Source: Colwellia sp. (GTDB lineage Bacteria > Pseudomonadota > Gammaproteobacteria > Enterobacterales > Alteromonadaceae). From it: a DNA stretch of 64,000 nucleotides. Shown here piece by piece: positions 47,636-58,579 of the stretch. The stretch lies in assembly GCA_013215655.1 (NCBI GenBank), contig JABSOX010000024.1, positions 3,446 to 67,445 on the forward strand, in the 5' to 3' direction. The number at the start of each line of letters is the position of its first letter. Position 1 is the stretch's first letter. The notes beneath the pieces were generated by a model. The model was not told the origin of the DNA. It saw only the letters and a list, made by a program, of their open reading frames with translations, and made no database searches. Both the position numbers and the translations under genes were made by a program.

Positions 47636-49543
47636 ATGACGTTATTACGGATGAAATTTTTAATTATATTTTGGACTTTGAGCTTTATTGCTTATGGGGA
47701 TGCTGGTGATAAGCAACGGAAGTTATATTTATCAGCGGATAAACAAGTATGGAAATCAGACTCAAATCAATATAAAAGGCTTTATCAGCAACTTAACGAC
47801 TACCCACTACAGCCCTATTTAGATCAAAAAAGGCTCATGCATAATATTACTTTGGCAAAGTCGTCTGAAATTTTAAAGTTTCTGGATAAATACCAAGGTT
47901 CTCCGCTAGAGCGCCCGCTAAGAAAAAAGTGGTTAAAGTATTTAGCTAAACGTAATCGCCAAACCTTATTTATAGAGAGTTATAAACCCGTAGCAAATGT
48001 TGCTATGACTTGTTATTACTATCGTTATAAATTAAATAAGGGAGCGTTAGAAAAAGATATTCTCCCTAAAGTCACATCCTTATGGTTAGTAGGAAAGTCT
48101 CAACCTAAGGTATGTGATCCACTTTTCAAAAAATGGCAACAAGCAGGGTATAGAACTGAGAGCATTATTTGGCGACGTATTAAGTTAGCTGCAATAGGCG
48201 GTAAACATACTTTGATCCCCTATCTAACTAAACTGCTCCCTAAAAGCCAACAATATCTTGCCAGCCTTTGGCATAAAGTAAGACGAGACCCTGCCTATAT
48301 TACTCGTTTAAAGCGATTTAGAAATAAATCGGCTGCGGAAGCTGAAATTTTTAGTTATGGCATTAAGCGTTTAATTTGGCGTAACCCCAAAAGTGCGCTG
48401 AAAGTATATGACAAAGCGGTATCAGTATTTACTTTTACTGAGCAGCAGCAACAGCTTATCACTCAAAAATTCGCTTTGGCACTGGCAAGCAAACATCATA
48501 AAGATGCACAAAAGTGGCTACATAAGGTTGAAGCAAGGTTACTTGATGATGGCTTAATTCAGTGGCGTATAGCTGATGCACTTAGATCACAAGATTGGTC
48601 AGCAATAATTGCTGAATTGGATAGCTTACCTAAAGCTAATCAAAGTAAATTACTGTGGCGTTATTGGTATGGTCGTAGTCTTATTGAAACCGGTAATAAA
48701 GAGGCAGGGCAATCACTTTTAACTGAAGTGGCTACGCAGCGTCACTATTATGGTTTCTTAGCGTCGAGCTATTTGGGCATACCATTTAACTTGCAAGATC
48801 AGCCGCTAGAGTTTACTAAACAAGAAAAAACACAAGTATTTTCTCATGCGGCAGCTAAACGTGCTTTCGAATTTTTCTATTTAGGTCGTTATACCCAAGC
48901 ACGTAAAGAGTGGAATTATTGGTTGACTCATTTAAACGATAAACAAAAACTCATCGCGGCTAAAGTTGCTAATGAGGCGCAATGGTATGACCGGGCAATT
49001 TTTACGCTTTCAAAGGTAGGTTACCTGAATGATGTAAATTTGCGTTTTCCTTTAGCTTTTGATGATGAAATCATACGTCATTCAGATAAAAATAAAATTA
49101 ACCCTGCGTGGGCATTTGCTATTGCTCGCCGAGAAAGCTCATTTATGCCCGACGCACACTCTGCTGTAGGGGCAAAAGGGCTAATGCAGATTATGCCAGG
49201 TACAGCTAAGCACCTAATTCGTCGCTCTGTTTCTAAAAAATACTTATTAAATGCGCGTAATAATATTAAGTTGGGTACCAAATACTTGCGTAAATTACTT
49301 GATAGGAATAATGGTAATAGAGTTTTGGCAACCGCTTCTTATAATGCTGGTCCATATCGAGTAAAAAGCTGGCTTAAAAATATACCGTCAATTCCTGCCG
49401 ATATGTGGATCGAAACAATTCCCTACAAAGAAACTCGTGACTATGTAAAAAGTGTTTTAGCTTATCAGCAAATTTATCAGGTTAGAGTAGGGCAAAGTGG
49501 TTCGTTATTTGATGAATTGGTTACTATGGATATAGTCAATTAG
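47636..49543 (+). CDS. slt: Soluble lytic murein transglycosylase
   Basis: L.DYPL.PY, RHYYGFLA, IARRESSF catalytic Glu, GLMQIMPGTA, ASYNAGP, IETIPY.ETRDYV. Confidence 0.95.
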   Translation: MTLLRMKFLIIFWTLSFIAYGDAGDKQRKLYLSADKQVWKSDSNQYKRLYQQLNDYPLQPYLDQKRLMHNITLAKSSEILKFLDKYQGSPLERPLRKKWLKYLAKRNRQTLFIESYKPVANVAMTCYYYRYKLNKGALEKDILPKVTSLWLVGKSQPKVCDPLFKKWQQAGYRTESIIWRRIKLAAIGGKHTLIPYLTKLLPKSQQYLASLWHKVRRDPAYITRLKRFRNKSAAEAEIFSYGIKRLIWRNPKSALKVYDKAVSVFTFTEQQQQLITQKFALALASKHHKDAQKWLHKVEARLLDDGLIQWRIADALRSQDWSAIIAELDSLPKANQSKLLWRYWYGRSLIETGNKEAGQSLLTEVATQRHYYGFLASSYLGIPFNLQDQPLEFTKQEKTQVFSHAAAKRAFEFFYLGRYTQARKEWNYWLTHLNDKQKLIAAKVANEAQWYDRAIFTLSKVGYLNDVNLRFPLAFDDEIIRHSDKNKINPAWAFAIARRESSFMPDAHSAVGAKGLMQIMPGTAKHLIRRSVSKKYLLNARNNIKLGTKYLRKLLDRNNGNRVLATASYNAGPYRVKSWLKNIPSIPADMWIETIPYKETRDYVKSVLAYQQIYQVRVGQSGSLFDELVTMDIVN

Positions 49544-49592
49544 TCATTGGCTATATGGTATGATAAATGAAAAATTTCAGAAGGGTGGTCAA

Positions 49593-50912
49593 ATGAATAA
49601 ATTATCGACACTATATCCTGCGCATGTTGCAGAGCTACAACAACGAGCTAAAACTGCGTTATCTCGAGAAAATTTACAAGGTTTAGTTATTCATTCTGGT
49701 CAGGAAATAAAAGTCTTTCTTGATGATTACGGTTACCCTTTTAAAGTAAACCCTCATTTTAAAGTATGGTTGCCCTTGGTTGATGTACCTAATAGCTGGT
49801 TAATTATTAATGGTACGGATAAACCAACACTCATTTATTATCAACCAGTTGATTTTTGGCATAAGGTCATTGAATTAACAGATAGTTATTGGAATGAATT
49901 TTTCGATATAAAAATTCTAACTAATGCAGCTGATGTTGATAAGTTATTACCATATGATAAACAAAGTTATGCTTATATTGGTGGTCACATTGAAGTTGCG
50001 CGAGCTTTAGGTTTCGATAATATTAATCCTGAGCCTACCTTAAACTTTTTGCATTATCATCGTGCCTATAAAACACCTTATGAGCATGAGTGTATGCGTA
50101 AATCTAATGCAATTGCTGTTGCTGGTCATAAAGCAGCTAAGTTGGCTTTTTTACAAGGCAGTTCAGAGTACGATATTCAACAGACATACCTTAAAGCCAC
50201 TCAGCTCACTAACAATGAAACTCCTTATGGTAATATTGTTGCCTTAAATGAAAATGCCTCTATTTTACATTACACCGCATTAGATCGGGGAGTACCACAG
50301 GCTCATCGTTCCTTTTTAATTGATGCGGGTGCAAATTATCATGGTTATGCTTCAGATATTACCCGTACCTATTCATTTAAACGCGATAAATTTTCTGAGC
50401 TTATTACCCGTATGGACCAGCTGATGCTTAATGCTGTTGATTGTTTAAAGCCCGGTGTTAGTTACGTTGATCTACATATTAAAACGTATCGTGATATTGG
50501 TCATGTTTTACGTGAATTCGACTTTATTAACGTTGATGCGGATGTGGCAGTTGAATCTGGTATTATTTCTACGTTCTTCCCTCATGGTTTAGGGCATCAT
50601 TTAGGTTTACAGACTCATGATGTTGGTGGTTTTATGGCTGATGAAAGAGGCTCACATGTCAATACACCTGACGAACATCCCTTTTTAAGAACCTCTCGCA
50701 TAGTAGAAGCTAATCAAGTCTTCACTATTGAGCCCGGTTTGTATTTTATTGATTCACTATTAACAAAACTTAAGACATCAAAACATAGCACTATGGTTAA
50801 TTGGCAACAAGTTGATGAAATGCGTCCATTTGGTGGCATTCGTATTGAGGATAATATTATTGTTCATCAATCACATAATGAAAATATGACTCGTGAATTA
50901 GAACAGGGTTAA
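49593..50912 (+). CDS. pepQ: Xaa-Pro dipeptidase (prolidase)
   Basis: YPFKVNPHFK.W, DAGA.Y.GYASDITRT, PHGLGHHLGLQTHDVGG, TIEPGLYF, RIEDN. Confidence 0.97.
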   Translation: MNKLSTLYPAHVAELQQRAKTALSRENLQGLVIHSGQEIKVFLDDYGYPFKVNPHFKVWLPLVDVPNSWLIINGTDKPTLIYYQPVDFWHKVIELTDSYWNEFFDIKILTNAADVDKLLPYDKQSYAYIGGHIEVARALGFDNINPEPTLNFLHYHRAYKTPYEHECMRKSNAIAVAGHKAAKLAFLQGSSEYDIQQTYLKATQLTNNETPYGNIVALNENASILHYTALDRGVPQAHRSFLIDAGANYHGYASDITRTYSFKRDKFSELITRMDQLMLNAVDCLKPGVSYVDLHIKTYRDIGHVLREFDFINVDADVAVESGIISTFFPHGLGHHLGLQTHDVGGFMADERGSHVNTPDEHPFLRTSRIVEANQVFTIEPGLYFIDSLLTKLKTSKHSTMVNWQQVDEMRPFGGIRIEDNIIVHQSHNENMTRELEQG

Positions 50913-50934
50913 GTGAGTTAGTACTTCTACCGTT

Positions 50935-51555
50935 ATGTCAAAACCTTATCCTATTGCGGCTAATGAAGTTATAGAAGAAATTATCGTTAGTCGTAGCCGT
51001 TTTATTTGTCATTTAAGACCCTGCATCTCAACAGATGAAGCTAAATTATTTGTTAAAGAGTTACAAAAGCTTCATCCACAAGCGTCACACCATTGTTATG
51101 CGTATCTGTCAGGTCGAGCAAAGGATAGCCAAGGTTATGGATTTTCTGATGATGGTGAACCTTCGGGAACAGCAGGGCGACCTATGCTTGTTTCATTGCA
51201 AGGGGGAAACGTTGGTGAAATATGTGCCGTTGTTGTACGTTATTTTGGCGGTACAAAATTAGGTACGGGTGGCTTACAACGAGCATATGGTGCTAGTGTT
51301 CGACAAGCATTAACCTTATTGCAAGCTAAACTTAAAATACCTATGGTGCACAAAACGTTAGCGTGTCAATATACACAGGTAAATGATGTTCTGCACTTAC
51401 TTGAACAGGTTGGTGGTAAGGTTATGAGCCAAGACTTTACCGATAATGTCTTTTTATCATTGTCTTTGCCTGAAGAGCAAATTGATAATATCCACCAACA
51501 ATTACAAACATTGTCAGCTGGAAAGCTGAAATTAAAAAATGCTACATCTACATAA
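50935..51555 (+). CDS. yigZ: IMPACT family protein YigZ
   Basis: SRFI, ASHHCYA, DDGEPSGTAGRP, VVRYFGGTKLGTGGL.RAY. Confidence 0.95.
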   Translation: MSKPYPIAANEVIEEIIVSRSRFICHLRPCISTDEAKLFVKELQKLHPQASHHCYAYLSGRAKDSQGYGFSDDGEPSGTAGRPMLVSLQGGNVGEICAVVVRYFGGTKLGTGGLQRAYGASVRQALTLLQAKLKIPMVHKTLACQYTQVNDVLHLLEQVGGKVMSQDFTDNVFLSLSLPEEQIDNIHQQLQTLSAGKLKLKNATST

Positions 51556-51613
51556 GAAAACTGGAATGTATTTCAGTACTTTTTTGTTAGAGAAATAAAG
51601 ATAAAATAACAAC

Positions 51614-53065
51614 GTGCAATATAAAAACATCATCCGAATATTAGGTTTATTAGTTGCAATTTTAAGTGTAACTATGCTGCCACCTGCTTTTATCTCTCTG
51701 CTTTATCGAGATGGTGGTGGTGTTTCTTTCTTAATGGCTTTTGTCTTTTGTTTAGTGGTTGGTCTTTTATCTTGGTATCCTAATAGAGACTTTAAAGGAG
51801 ATTTACGTCCTCGCGAAGGCTTTTTGATTGTTGTTTTATTCTGGATTGTATTAGCGAGCTTCTCAGCTATTCCCTTACTTTTACTCAACGAACCCAATCT
51901 ATCCGTTGCAGATGCATTTTTTGAGTCTTTCTCCGGACTCACCACCACGGGCGCAACAATACTGACCAAAATAGATGGTCTTCCCCACGCACTATTATTT
52001 TATCGTCAACAGCTCCAATGGCTTGGTGGTATGGGAATCATTGTACTTGCTGTAGCTGTATTACCGATGCTGGGAGTTGGTGGTATGCAGTTATATCGAG
52101 CAGAAACTCCAGGGCCAGTTAAAGATTCTAAAATGACACCTCGTATTGCCGATACAGCTAAACATCTTTGGTATATATATCTTGGTTTAACAATAGCTTG
52201 TACTTTATCGTATTGGTTGGCAGGAATGTCATTTTTTGATGCGATATGTCATGCTTTTTCAACTATAGCGATTGGTGGCTTTTCTACACATGATTTAAGT
52301 ATGGGCTATTTTGATAGTCCGCTGATAAATTTTGTTTGTGTGATCTTCTTACTTATTGCCGGCGTTAATTTTGCGCTACATTTTGCTGTGCTTCATAGTC
52401 GTTCACTAAAAAATTACTTTTATGACCCTGAGTTCAAAGTGTTTTTATCAATACAGTTGGTGATTGTTTTGATTTGTTTTTTTGTTCTATTATCAACTGG
52501 AACATTCTCTGATGGCTTTGATACCTTTAATCATGCCTTGTTTCAGGCGGTATCTATTAGCACCACAGCGGGTTTTTCGACAACGTCATTCTCTGAATGG
52601 CCAACATTGCTGCCAATTCTATTGATTTTTTCTAGTTTTATTGGTGGCTGTGCAGGGAGCACTGGCGGTGGTATGAAGGTTGTTCGTGTTTTATTGTTGT
52701 ATTTACAAGGCTTAAGAGAACTTAATAAGCTAGTTCACCCACGGGCAATATTTAGTATTAAGTTAGGTAACAAGGCGCTGCCTAATCGAGTTGTAGAGGC
52801 CATTTGGGGCTTCTTTTCGGCGTATGCTGCAGTATTCATTATTTGTATGTTGCTACTACTTGCTGCTGGCATGGATGATATTTCAGCGTTCACAGCTGTT
52901 GCCGCATGTTTAAATAACTTAGGACCCGGACTGGGTGAGGTTGCGGCAAATTTTTCGAGTATTAATGATTTTAGTAAATGGGTGTTAATTGTTGCGATGT
53001 TATTTGGTCGGCTAGAAATATTCACCTTATTAGTTTTATTCACACCAGCCTTTTGGCGTTCTTAA
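51614..53065 (+). CDS. trkH: Trk potassium uptake channel
   Basis: FESFSGLTTTGAT, QWLGGMGII, STIAIGGFS, STTAGF, GGCAGSTGGG.K, NNLGPG, GRLEIF. Confidence 0.97.
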   Translation: MQYKNIIRILGLLVAILSVTMLPPAFISLLYRDGGGVSFLMAFVFCLVVGLLSWYPNRDFKGDLRPREGFLIVVLFWIVLASFSAIPLLLLNEPNLSVADAFFESFSGLTTTGATILTKIDGLPHALLFYRQQLQWLGGMGIIVLAVAVLPMLGVGGMQLYRAETPGPVKDSKMTPRIADTAKHLWYIYLGLTIACTLSYWLAGMSFFDAICHAFSTIAIGGFSTHDLSMGYFDSPLINFVCVIFLLIAGVNFALHFAVLHSRSLKNYFYDPEFKVFLSIQLVIVLICFFVLLSTGTFSDGFDTFNHALFQAVSISTTAGFSTTSFSEWPTLLPILLIFSSFIGGCAGSTGGGMKVVRVLLLYLQGLRELNKLVHPRAIFSIKLGNKALPNRVVEAIWGFFSAYAAVFIICMLLLLAAGMDDISAFTAVAACLNNLGPGLGEVAANFSSINDFSKWVLIVAMLFGRLEIFTLLVLFTPAFWRS

Positions 53066-53083
53066 ACATATAAATTTAATGTT

Positions 53084-54463
53084 CTAAAAAAAACTCAGGG
53101 CATCAAGTTGAAATAAAGATTCAACATCTGAAATGTAGCGCTTATTAACTAGAAAGATAATGACATGGTCATTGGTGAGTATTTTAGTATTCGAATGCGC
53201 GATAATTACTTCTTCGTTGCGGACAATTGCGCCGATGCTGACACCGGGTGGCAATTTTATTTGTTGAATAGTGCGACCAACAACTTTCGATGAATTTTCA
53301 TCACCTTGTGCTGCAATTTCAATCGCTTCAGCGGCGCCGCCACGTAGACTGTAAACATTATCAATATTGCCTTTTCTGACATGGGTTAATAACGCCGAAA
53401 TTGTTGCATGTTGTGGAGATACCGCAATATCTATGTCGCTCCCATGCACTAAATCAATATAAGCACTACGTTGAATAAGCACCATAGCTTTACGAACACC
53501 AAGGCGTTTCGCCAATAAAGAAGACATTATATTGGCTTCGTCATCATTAGTTACGGCAATAAATACATCAAAATGATCTATGTGCTCTTCAAGTAATAAT
53601 TCTTGATCAGATGAATCTCCGGTAAATACTAACGTATCGTTTAGTTCTTCAGCTAAATATTCGGCGCGTTTTGGTGAACGCTCTATTAGTTTAACTTCAT
53701 GATTTTTTTCAAGTATTCTTGCAAGACCTGCACCTATATTGCCACCGCCAGCAATCATTATACGTTTATAGGGCTGCTCTAATTTTTGCAGTTCGTTCAT
53801 TACTGTACGAATATGGATGCTGGCGGCAATAAAAAACACTTCGTCGTCAGCTTCAATAATTGTTGTGCCTAATGGACGAATAGGTTTGCCATTACGATAA
53901 ATGGCGGCAACACGGGTATCAATATTAGGAATATGTTCTTTTAACGTTGATAAAGCGTGACCAACCAATAAGCCACCATAATAAGCTTTTACGGCAACTA
54001 AACTGACTTTTCCTTTAGCAAACTCTAGTACTTGTAGTGCACCAGGGTAGTCAATTAGACGGGCTATATCTCGAGTTACCAGCTGTTCTGGAGCGATAAC
54101 ATGGTCAACAGGGATGTTTTTATTTTGAAATAGTTCTTCTTGGTACTTCAGAATTTTTGCTGAACGAATACGGGCAATTTTAGTGGTAGTATGAAAAAGA
54201 GAGTAACAAATCTGACAGGCAATCATATTGGTAGCATCGTCACTTGTTACGGCAATAACCAGATCCGCATCTTCAATGCCAGCTTGAATTAAAACATCGG
54301 GATGAGAGCCGTGACCAACTACAACTTGCAAGTCCATCTTATCTTGTAACTCTCTTAAGATTTCACTGTTGGTATCTATCAGTGTGATTTCATTTTCTTC
54401 TCTAACTAAATTCTCAGCTAAAGTTCCGCCTACTTGTCCTGCACCAATGATAACTATTTTCAT
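53084..54463 (-). CDS. trkA: Trk potassium uptake RCK subunit
   Basis: IIGAGQVG, two RCK pairs, [14 protein letters not shown]. Confidence 0.97.
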   Translation of the reverse strand: MKIVIIGAGQVGGTLAENLVREENEITLIDTNSEILRELQDKMDLQVVVGHGSHPDVLIQAGIEDADLVIAVTSDDATNMIACQICYSLFHTTTKIARIRSAKILKYQEELFQNKNIPVDHVIAPEQLVTRDIARLIDYPGALQVLEFAKGKVSLVAVKAYYGGLLVGHALSTLKEHIPNIDTRVAAIYRNGKPIRPLGTTIIEADDEVFFIAASIHIRTVMNELQKLEQPYKRIMIAGGGNIGAGLARILEKNHEVKLIERSPKRAEYLAEELNDTLVFTGDSSDQELLLEEHIDHFDVFIAVTNDDEANIMSSLLAKRLGVRKAMVLIQRSAYIDLVHGSDIDIAVSPQHATISALLTHVRKGNIDNVYSLRGGAAEAIEIAAQGDENSSKVVGRTIQQIKLPPGVSIGAIVRNEEVIIAHSNTKILTNDHVIIFLVNKRYISDVESLFQLDALSFF

Positions 54464-54464
54464 T

Positions 54465-55772
54465 TTATATTTCTTTTTTTACCAATTTAGCGTAGTAAAA
54501 ACCGTCCATTGAATGTTCGTTTGGTAATATTTGCCAACCAATATCAGTTTTGTTTTCTGTAATAGATATTAATAAAGCATCGTTATTATTTTCAATAAAG
54601 TGCTGAACTTGCTTGTTATTTTCTTCAGGTAATATACTGCAAGTCGCATAAAGCAAAGTACCACCCGGTTTCAGTAAAGACCATATGTTTTTGAGTATTT
54701 TTTCTTGTAACAAGGTTAATTGCTCAATATCGCTAGCTTTGCGTAACCATTTAATATCCGGGTGTCGTCGAATAACTCCTGTTCCTGAACAAGGTGCATC
54801 AAGTAATATTCGATCAAATAACTGACCATCCCACCATTCATTTGTTGCAGCATCAGCGGTTACTATTTTTGCCGTTAGTTTTAAGCGAGATAAGTTATCT
54901 TGCACACGTATTAAACGGTTTTCATCAACATCGAGAGCTAACATACTTTCGATTTGAGGAGTAAGCTCTAACATGTGACATGTTTTTCCACCTGGCGCCG
55001 CACAGCAATCTAAAACTCTATCATTTGGCTGACAATCTAATAGTCTTGCTGCTTGTTGGGCGGCACCATCTTGAATTGATACATGACCTTCTGCAAAATT
55101 AGGCAGTTTATTCACATCAACTGCTTGTTTTAATTTAATGGCCTTAGATAATGGGTCAATGTATTCATGTTGAATATCCACTTCATCTAACAATGCAATG
55201 TATTGTTCAACCGTATGATGTTGTTGATTTACTCGCAACCACATTGGCGGTTTATCTTGATTGGCTGTTAATATATTTTGCCATTGCTCTGGGTAAGCAA
55301 TTTTTATTTTTTTTATAAACCAACTAGGATGGTTAAATTTTATAGCATCAGGTAATTTTTCAGAGTCATCATTATTTTTATTTTGACGTTCAACTGTTCG
55401 TTGGTAGTTTCGTAATACTCCATTAACAAGCCCCTTTAAATGGCTATTCTTAAGAGGTTTTGTCGCGGCAACTGTTTCACTGACTGCAGCGTGGTCAGGA
55501 ATACGGGTATATTTTATTTGGTATAATCCAACTAACATTAAAAAATGAAAAACGCGTTGCTTACCGGTTAGAGGCTTTTGTATCAATTGTTGAACTTCGT
55601 ATTCAAGTTCAGGTAAATACCGTATTACGCCATAACAAATTTCTTGCAGTAAAGCTTTATCTTTACCTTCCACTTTCTCTTGCTGTTTTGGTAATTCATC
55701 ACCAAGACTGCGGCCTTTATCGATTACGGCATAAATACATTTCGCGGCCAATGCTCTAATATTTGTTGCCAT
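54465..55772 (-). CDS. rsmB: 16S rRNA m5C967 methyltransferase
   Basis: NusB-like N-terminus, [35 protein letters not shown]. Confidence 0.97.
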   Translation of the reverse strand: MATNIRALAAKCIYAVIDKGRSLGDELPKQQEKVEGKDKALLQEICYGVIRYLPELEYEVQQLIQKPLTGKQRVFHFLMLVGLYQIKYTRIPDHAAVSETVAATKPLKNSHLKGLVNGVLRNYQRTVERQNKNNDDSEKLPDAIKFNHPSWFIKKIKIAYPEQWQNILTANQDKPPMWLRVNQQHHTVEQYIALLDEVDIQHEYIDPLSKAIKLKQAVDVNKLPNFAEGHVSIQDGAAQQAARLLDCQPNDRVLDCCAAPGGKTCHMLELTPQIESMLALDVDENRLIRVQDNLSRLKLTAKIVTADAATNEWWDGQLFDRILLDAPCSGTGVIRRHPDIKWLRKASDIEQLTLLQEKILKNIWSLLKPGGTLLYATCSILPEENNKQVQHFIENNNDALLISITENKTDIGWQILPNEHSMDGFYYAKLVKKEI

Positions 55773-56767
55773 TATTTATTTTTCTCTAAATTTAAGTTTG
55801 CACCATTAATTATTTGCCCAACAACAAACCAGCTGGCACGAGCATTCAATATGTCGGCGGTTGGCAGGGCTTTTTTTCCGGGTATTTGCAGTACTTCAAT
55901 ACGTAGTGCATTTTTACCTGTAGCAACAATAATACCTTGTTTATCTGCAGAGATAATTGTACCGGGTTGTTGATTATCATTAACTTCAATAATACTCGCT
56001 TGCCATATTCTAATACGATGTTCTTTATCGCTTTCATTTTCGCGATAAGTGAATTGAGCAACAGGCCAAGGAATATAAGCGCGAATTTTTCGATGCAAAA
56101 CAGTCGCGTCTTCTTGCCAGTTAAGCTCTGCTTCAGCTTTATCTAATTTTTTGGCGTAACTTGAAAGTTCATTTTGTTGAGATTCCCGTTGATATTTCCC
56201 TGTTGCCATTTGGCTGAGAGTATCGAGTAACGCAATAGGACCAAGTTTGGCAAGTTTTTCATAAAGTGATGCACTGGTATCTCGTTCTGTAATCTTACAG
56301 TGAGATTTTAAAATCATATCGCCTGTATCAAGACCTTTATCCATTTGCATAATGGTGACGCCTGTTTCTATATCACCAGCTTCAAGAGAGCGTTGAATTG
56401 GAGCTGCGCCGCGCCATTTAGGTAGTAATGAACCATGCACATTGATACAACCTAAGCGCGGCGCATCAAGTATGATTTGTGGTAATAATAATCCATAGGC
56501 AACCACTACCATGACATCAGCATTATAATCAGCGAGTATTTGTTGAGCTGTTTGCTCTTTAAAGTTTGCAGGTTGTTCAACGCTTAAATTATGTTGTAGC
56601 GCTAATGTTTTGGTTGCGCATGCGGTAAGCTTTTTCCCTCGCCCTGCAGGTTTATCTGGTGGACAATATACCGCGACGATATTATGTTTGGAGTTAATTA
56701 ATGCTTGCAAATGTTGAGCTGCAAAATCAGGTGTACCAGCAAAGAGTATATTAAGAGGCTGTGACAA
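55772..56767 (-). CDS. fmt: Methionyl-tRNA formyltransferase
   Basis: [42 protein letters not shown]. Confidence 0.98.
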   Translation of the reverse strand: MSQPLNILFAGTPDFAAQHLQALINSKHNIVAVYCPPDKPAGRGKKLTACATKTLALQHNLSVEQPANFKEQTAQQILADYNADVMVVVAYGLLLPQIILDAPRLGCINVHGSLLPKWRGAAPIQRSLEAGDIETGVTIMQMDKGLDTGDMILKSHCKITERDTSASLYEKLAKLGPIALLDTLSQMATGKYQRESQQNELSSYAKKLDKAEAELNWQEDATVLHRKIRAYIPWPVAQFTYRENESDKEHRIRIWQASIIEVNDNQQPGTIISADKQGIIVATGKNALRIEVLQIPGKKALPTADILNARASWFVVGQIINGANLNLEKNK

Positions 56768-56804
56768 AGCTTTTTCCTATGGTAACGGGTATAAATAGTG
56801 TTGT

Positions 56805-57320
56805 TTAGTTATTGGTATTTTCTAAACGTGCTTCTTTTTCTAGTTTGATTTTTATTCTTTGGCGCTTTAAAGGCGAAAGATAATCGACAAAAAGTATGCC
56901 TTTTAGATGATCAAGTTCATGTTGAATACATATACCTAATAGTTCATCACCATCTAGGGTAAATTCATCACCGTTTATATCAAGCGCTTTTACGGTAACT
57001 TTGCTGTGTCGGTCAACTTTTGCATAACAGCCTGGAACAGATAAACAACCTTCTTCATTTATTAAAGTGTCTTCACTTTTTTTGATGATTTCTGGATTGA
57101 TCAAAATATAAGGTTGTTCTTTATTTTCAGAAACGTCAATAACGACAATCTGTTGATGAATATTCACTTGAGTTGCTGCAAGACCAACACCATTTTCATC
57201 ATACATGGTTTCAAACATATCATTAATAATGTTCTTCACATCATCATCCACTTTTTTTACAGCAAGTGCTTTGGTTCTTAATCTTTCATCGGGAAATCGT
57301 AAAACAGTTAAAATAGTCAT
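56805..57320 (-). CDS. def: Peptide deformylase
   Basis: [22 protein letters not shown]; start at [11 protein letters not shown]. Confidence 0.98.
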   Translation of the reverse strand: MTILTVLRFPDERLRTKALAVKKVDDDVKNIINDMFETMYDENGVGLAATQVNIHQQIVVIDVSENKEQPYILINPEIIKKSEDTLINEEGCLSVPGCYAKVDRHSKVTVKALDINGDEFTLDGDELLGICIQHELDHLKGILFVDYLSPLKRQRIKIKLEKEARLENTNN

Positions 57321-57447
57321 AATTTTTTCAAAAGAATTCGCGAAAATACGCATTGAGTGTTATGTTTCAATTTTAGCCATTAATTTAAATTAATAATAGT
57401 GGTTTAAGATAAATGCGTAATTTATACGTGAAAATAGGCGGCTTTCC

Positions 57448-58536
57448 ATGCTAAAAAAGTTTTTATTACTCACTATTAGCCTTATTTTTTCGACAACTCT
57501 ATTGGCTGAAGTGCTGACATTAAAGAATAATGCACCTAAATCATATGTGGTAAAAAAAGGAGATACTCTTTGGGATATCTCAGGAGTGTTTTTAAAAGAG
57601 CCTTGGTTGTGGCCAAAGTTGTGGCGTATTAATCCACAAATAGCTAATCCTCACTTAATTTACCCCGGCGACGAACTACATTTAGTTTTTGATGAGCAAG
57701 GTAACCCTATGCTGGTTAAAGGTAAACCTGCATTAAAATGGTCACCTAAAGTTCGTACCCAATTGAAAGATCAAGCTCCAGTAAAAACACTACCACTTGA
57801 TGTTATTGCACCATATATTAAATACGATATTGTTCTTTCAGGAGAGGTGATTGATTCATTACCTTATGTTATTGGTAATGATGAAGGTTATAAATCGGGT
57901 GTTGATGGTTTTAAGCTTTATATCAATGGCGATATTAACATCGGACAAAGTTATGCTCTCTATCAAAAATCAGAAGAGATATTTGATCCTATTACACAAG
58001 AAAGTTTAGGTTTTTATGGCCGATTATTAGCGACGGGCAAAGGTTTACGATCAGGAAATCATCAATTAAACGAGCCTGCGACACTTTACATTGAAGAAAC
58101 GAAACAAGAAATTCGTTCAGGTAGTTTTGTTTTACCTGTCAATGAGGGACAACTATTACCTTCATTTTTTACAATGCAAGCAGCAATAACGTCTAAACAG
58201 GCGGCAATTATTAAAACATCAAGTGGTGTGCGTGAATTTGGTAAATTAGAAGTTGTTATGATAAACGTAGGGGCTTTAGATGAAATCAATCAAGGTGATG
58301 TATTGTCAGTTAAGCGCAAAAGTCCAGGGGTTGTTGAAACCGGTATTGGTCCTGTTTATACCAGTGATGCTTCGCGCTGGAATCGATTAGCTAATAGTGA
58401 AAACTCAGATTATAATATGCCTAGTGAAACTGTCGGTAAACTTATGGTTTTTAAAGTACATGAAAAAGTGAGTATGGCGCTCGTCTTACACTCAAATAAG
58501 CCGTTAAGGTTAAAAGATATTATCACTGCTCCGTAA
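57448..58536 (+). CDS. LysM peptidoglycan-binding domain protein (def-divergent family)
   Basis: Signal peptide; YVVKKGDTLWDIS..FL..PW.WP..W..NPQI.NPHLIYPGD. Confidence 0.9.
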   Translation: MLKKFLLLTISLIFSTTLLAEVLTLKNNAPKSYVVKKGDTLWDISGVFLKEPWLWPKLWRINPQIANPHLIYPGDELHLVFDEQGNPMLVKGKPALKWSPKVRTQLKDQAPVKTLPLDVIAPYIKYDIVLSGEVIDSLPYVIGNDEGYKSGVDGFKLYINGDINIGQSYALYQKSEEIFDPITQESLGFYGRLLATGKGLRSGNHQLNEPATLYIEETKQEIRSGSFVLPVNEGQLLPSFFTMQAAITSKQAAIIKTSSGVREFGKLEVVMINVGALDEINQGDVLSVKRKSPGVVETGIGPVYTSDASRWNRLANSENSDYNMPSETVGKLMVFKVHEKVSMALVLHSNKPLRLKDIITAP

Positions 58537-58579
58537 TTTTTTCGGAGCTAACGATAGCCCTTTCTTAAGGAGGAGATAA

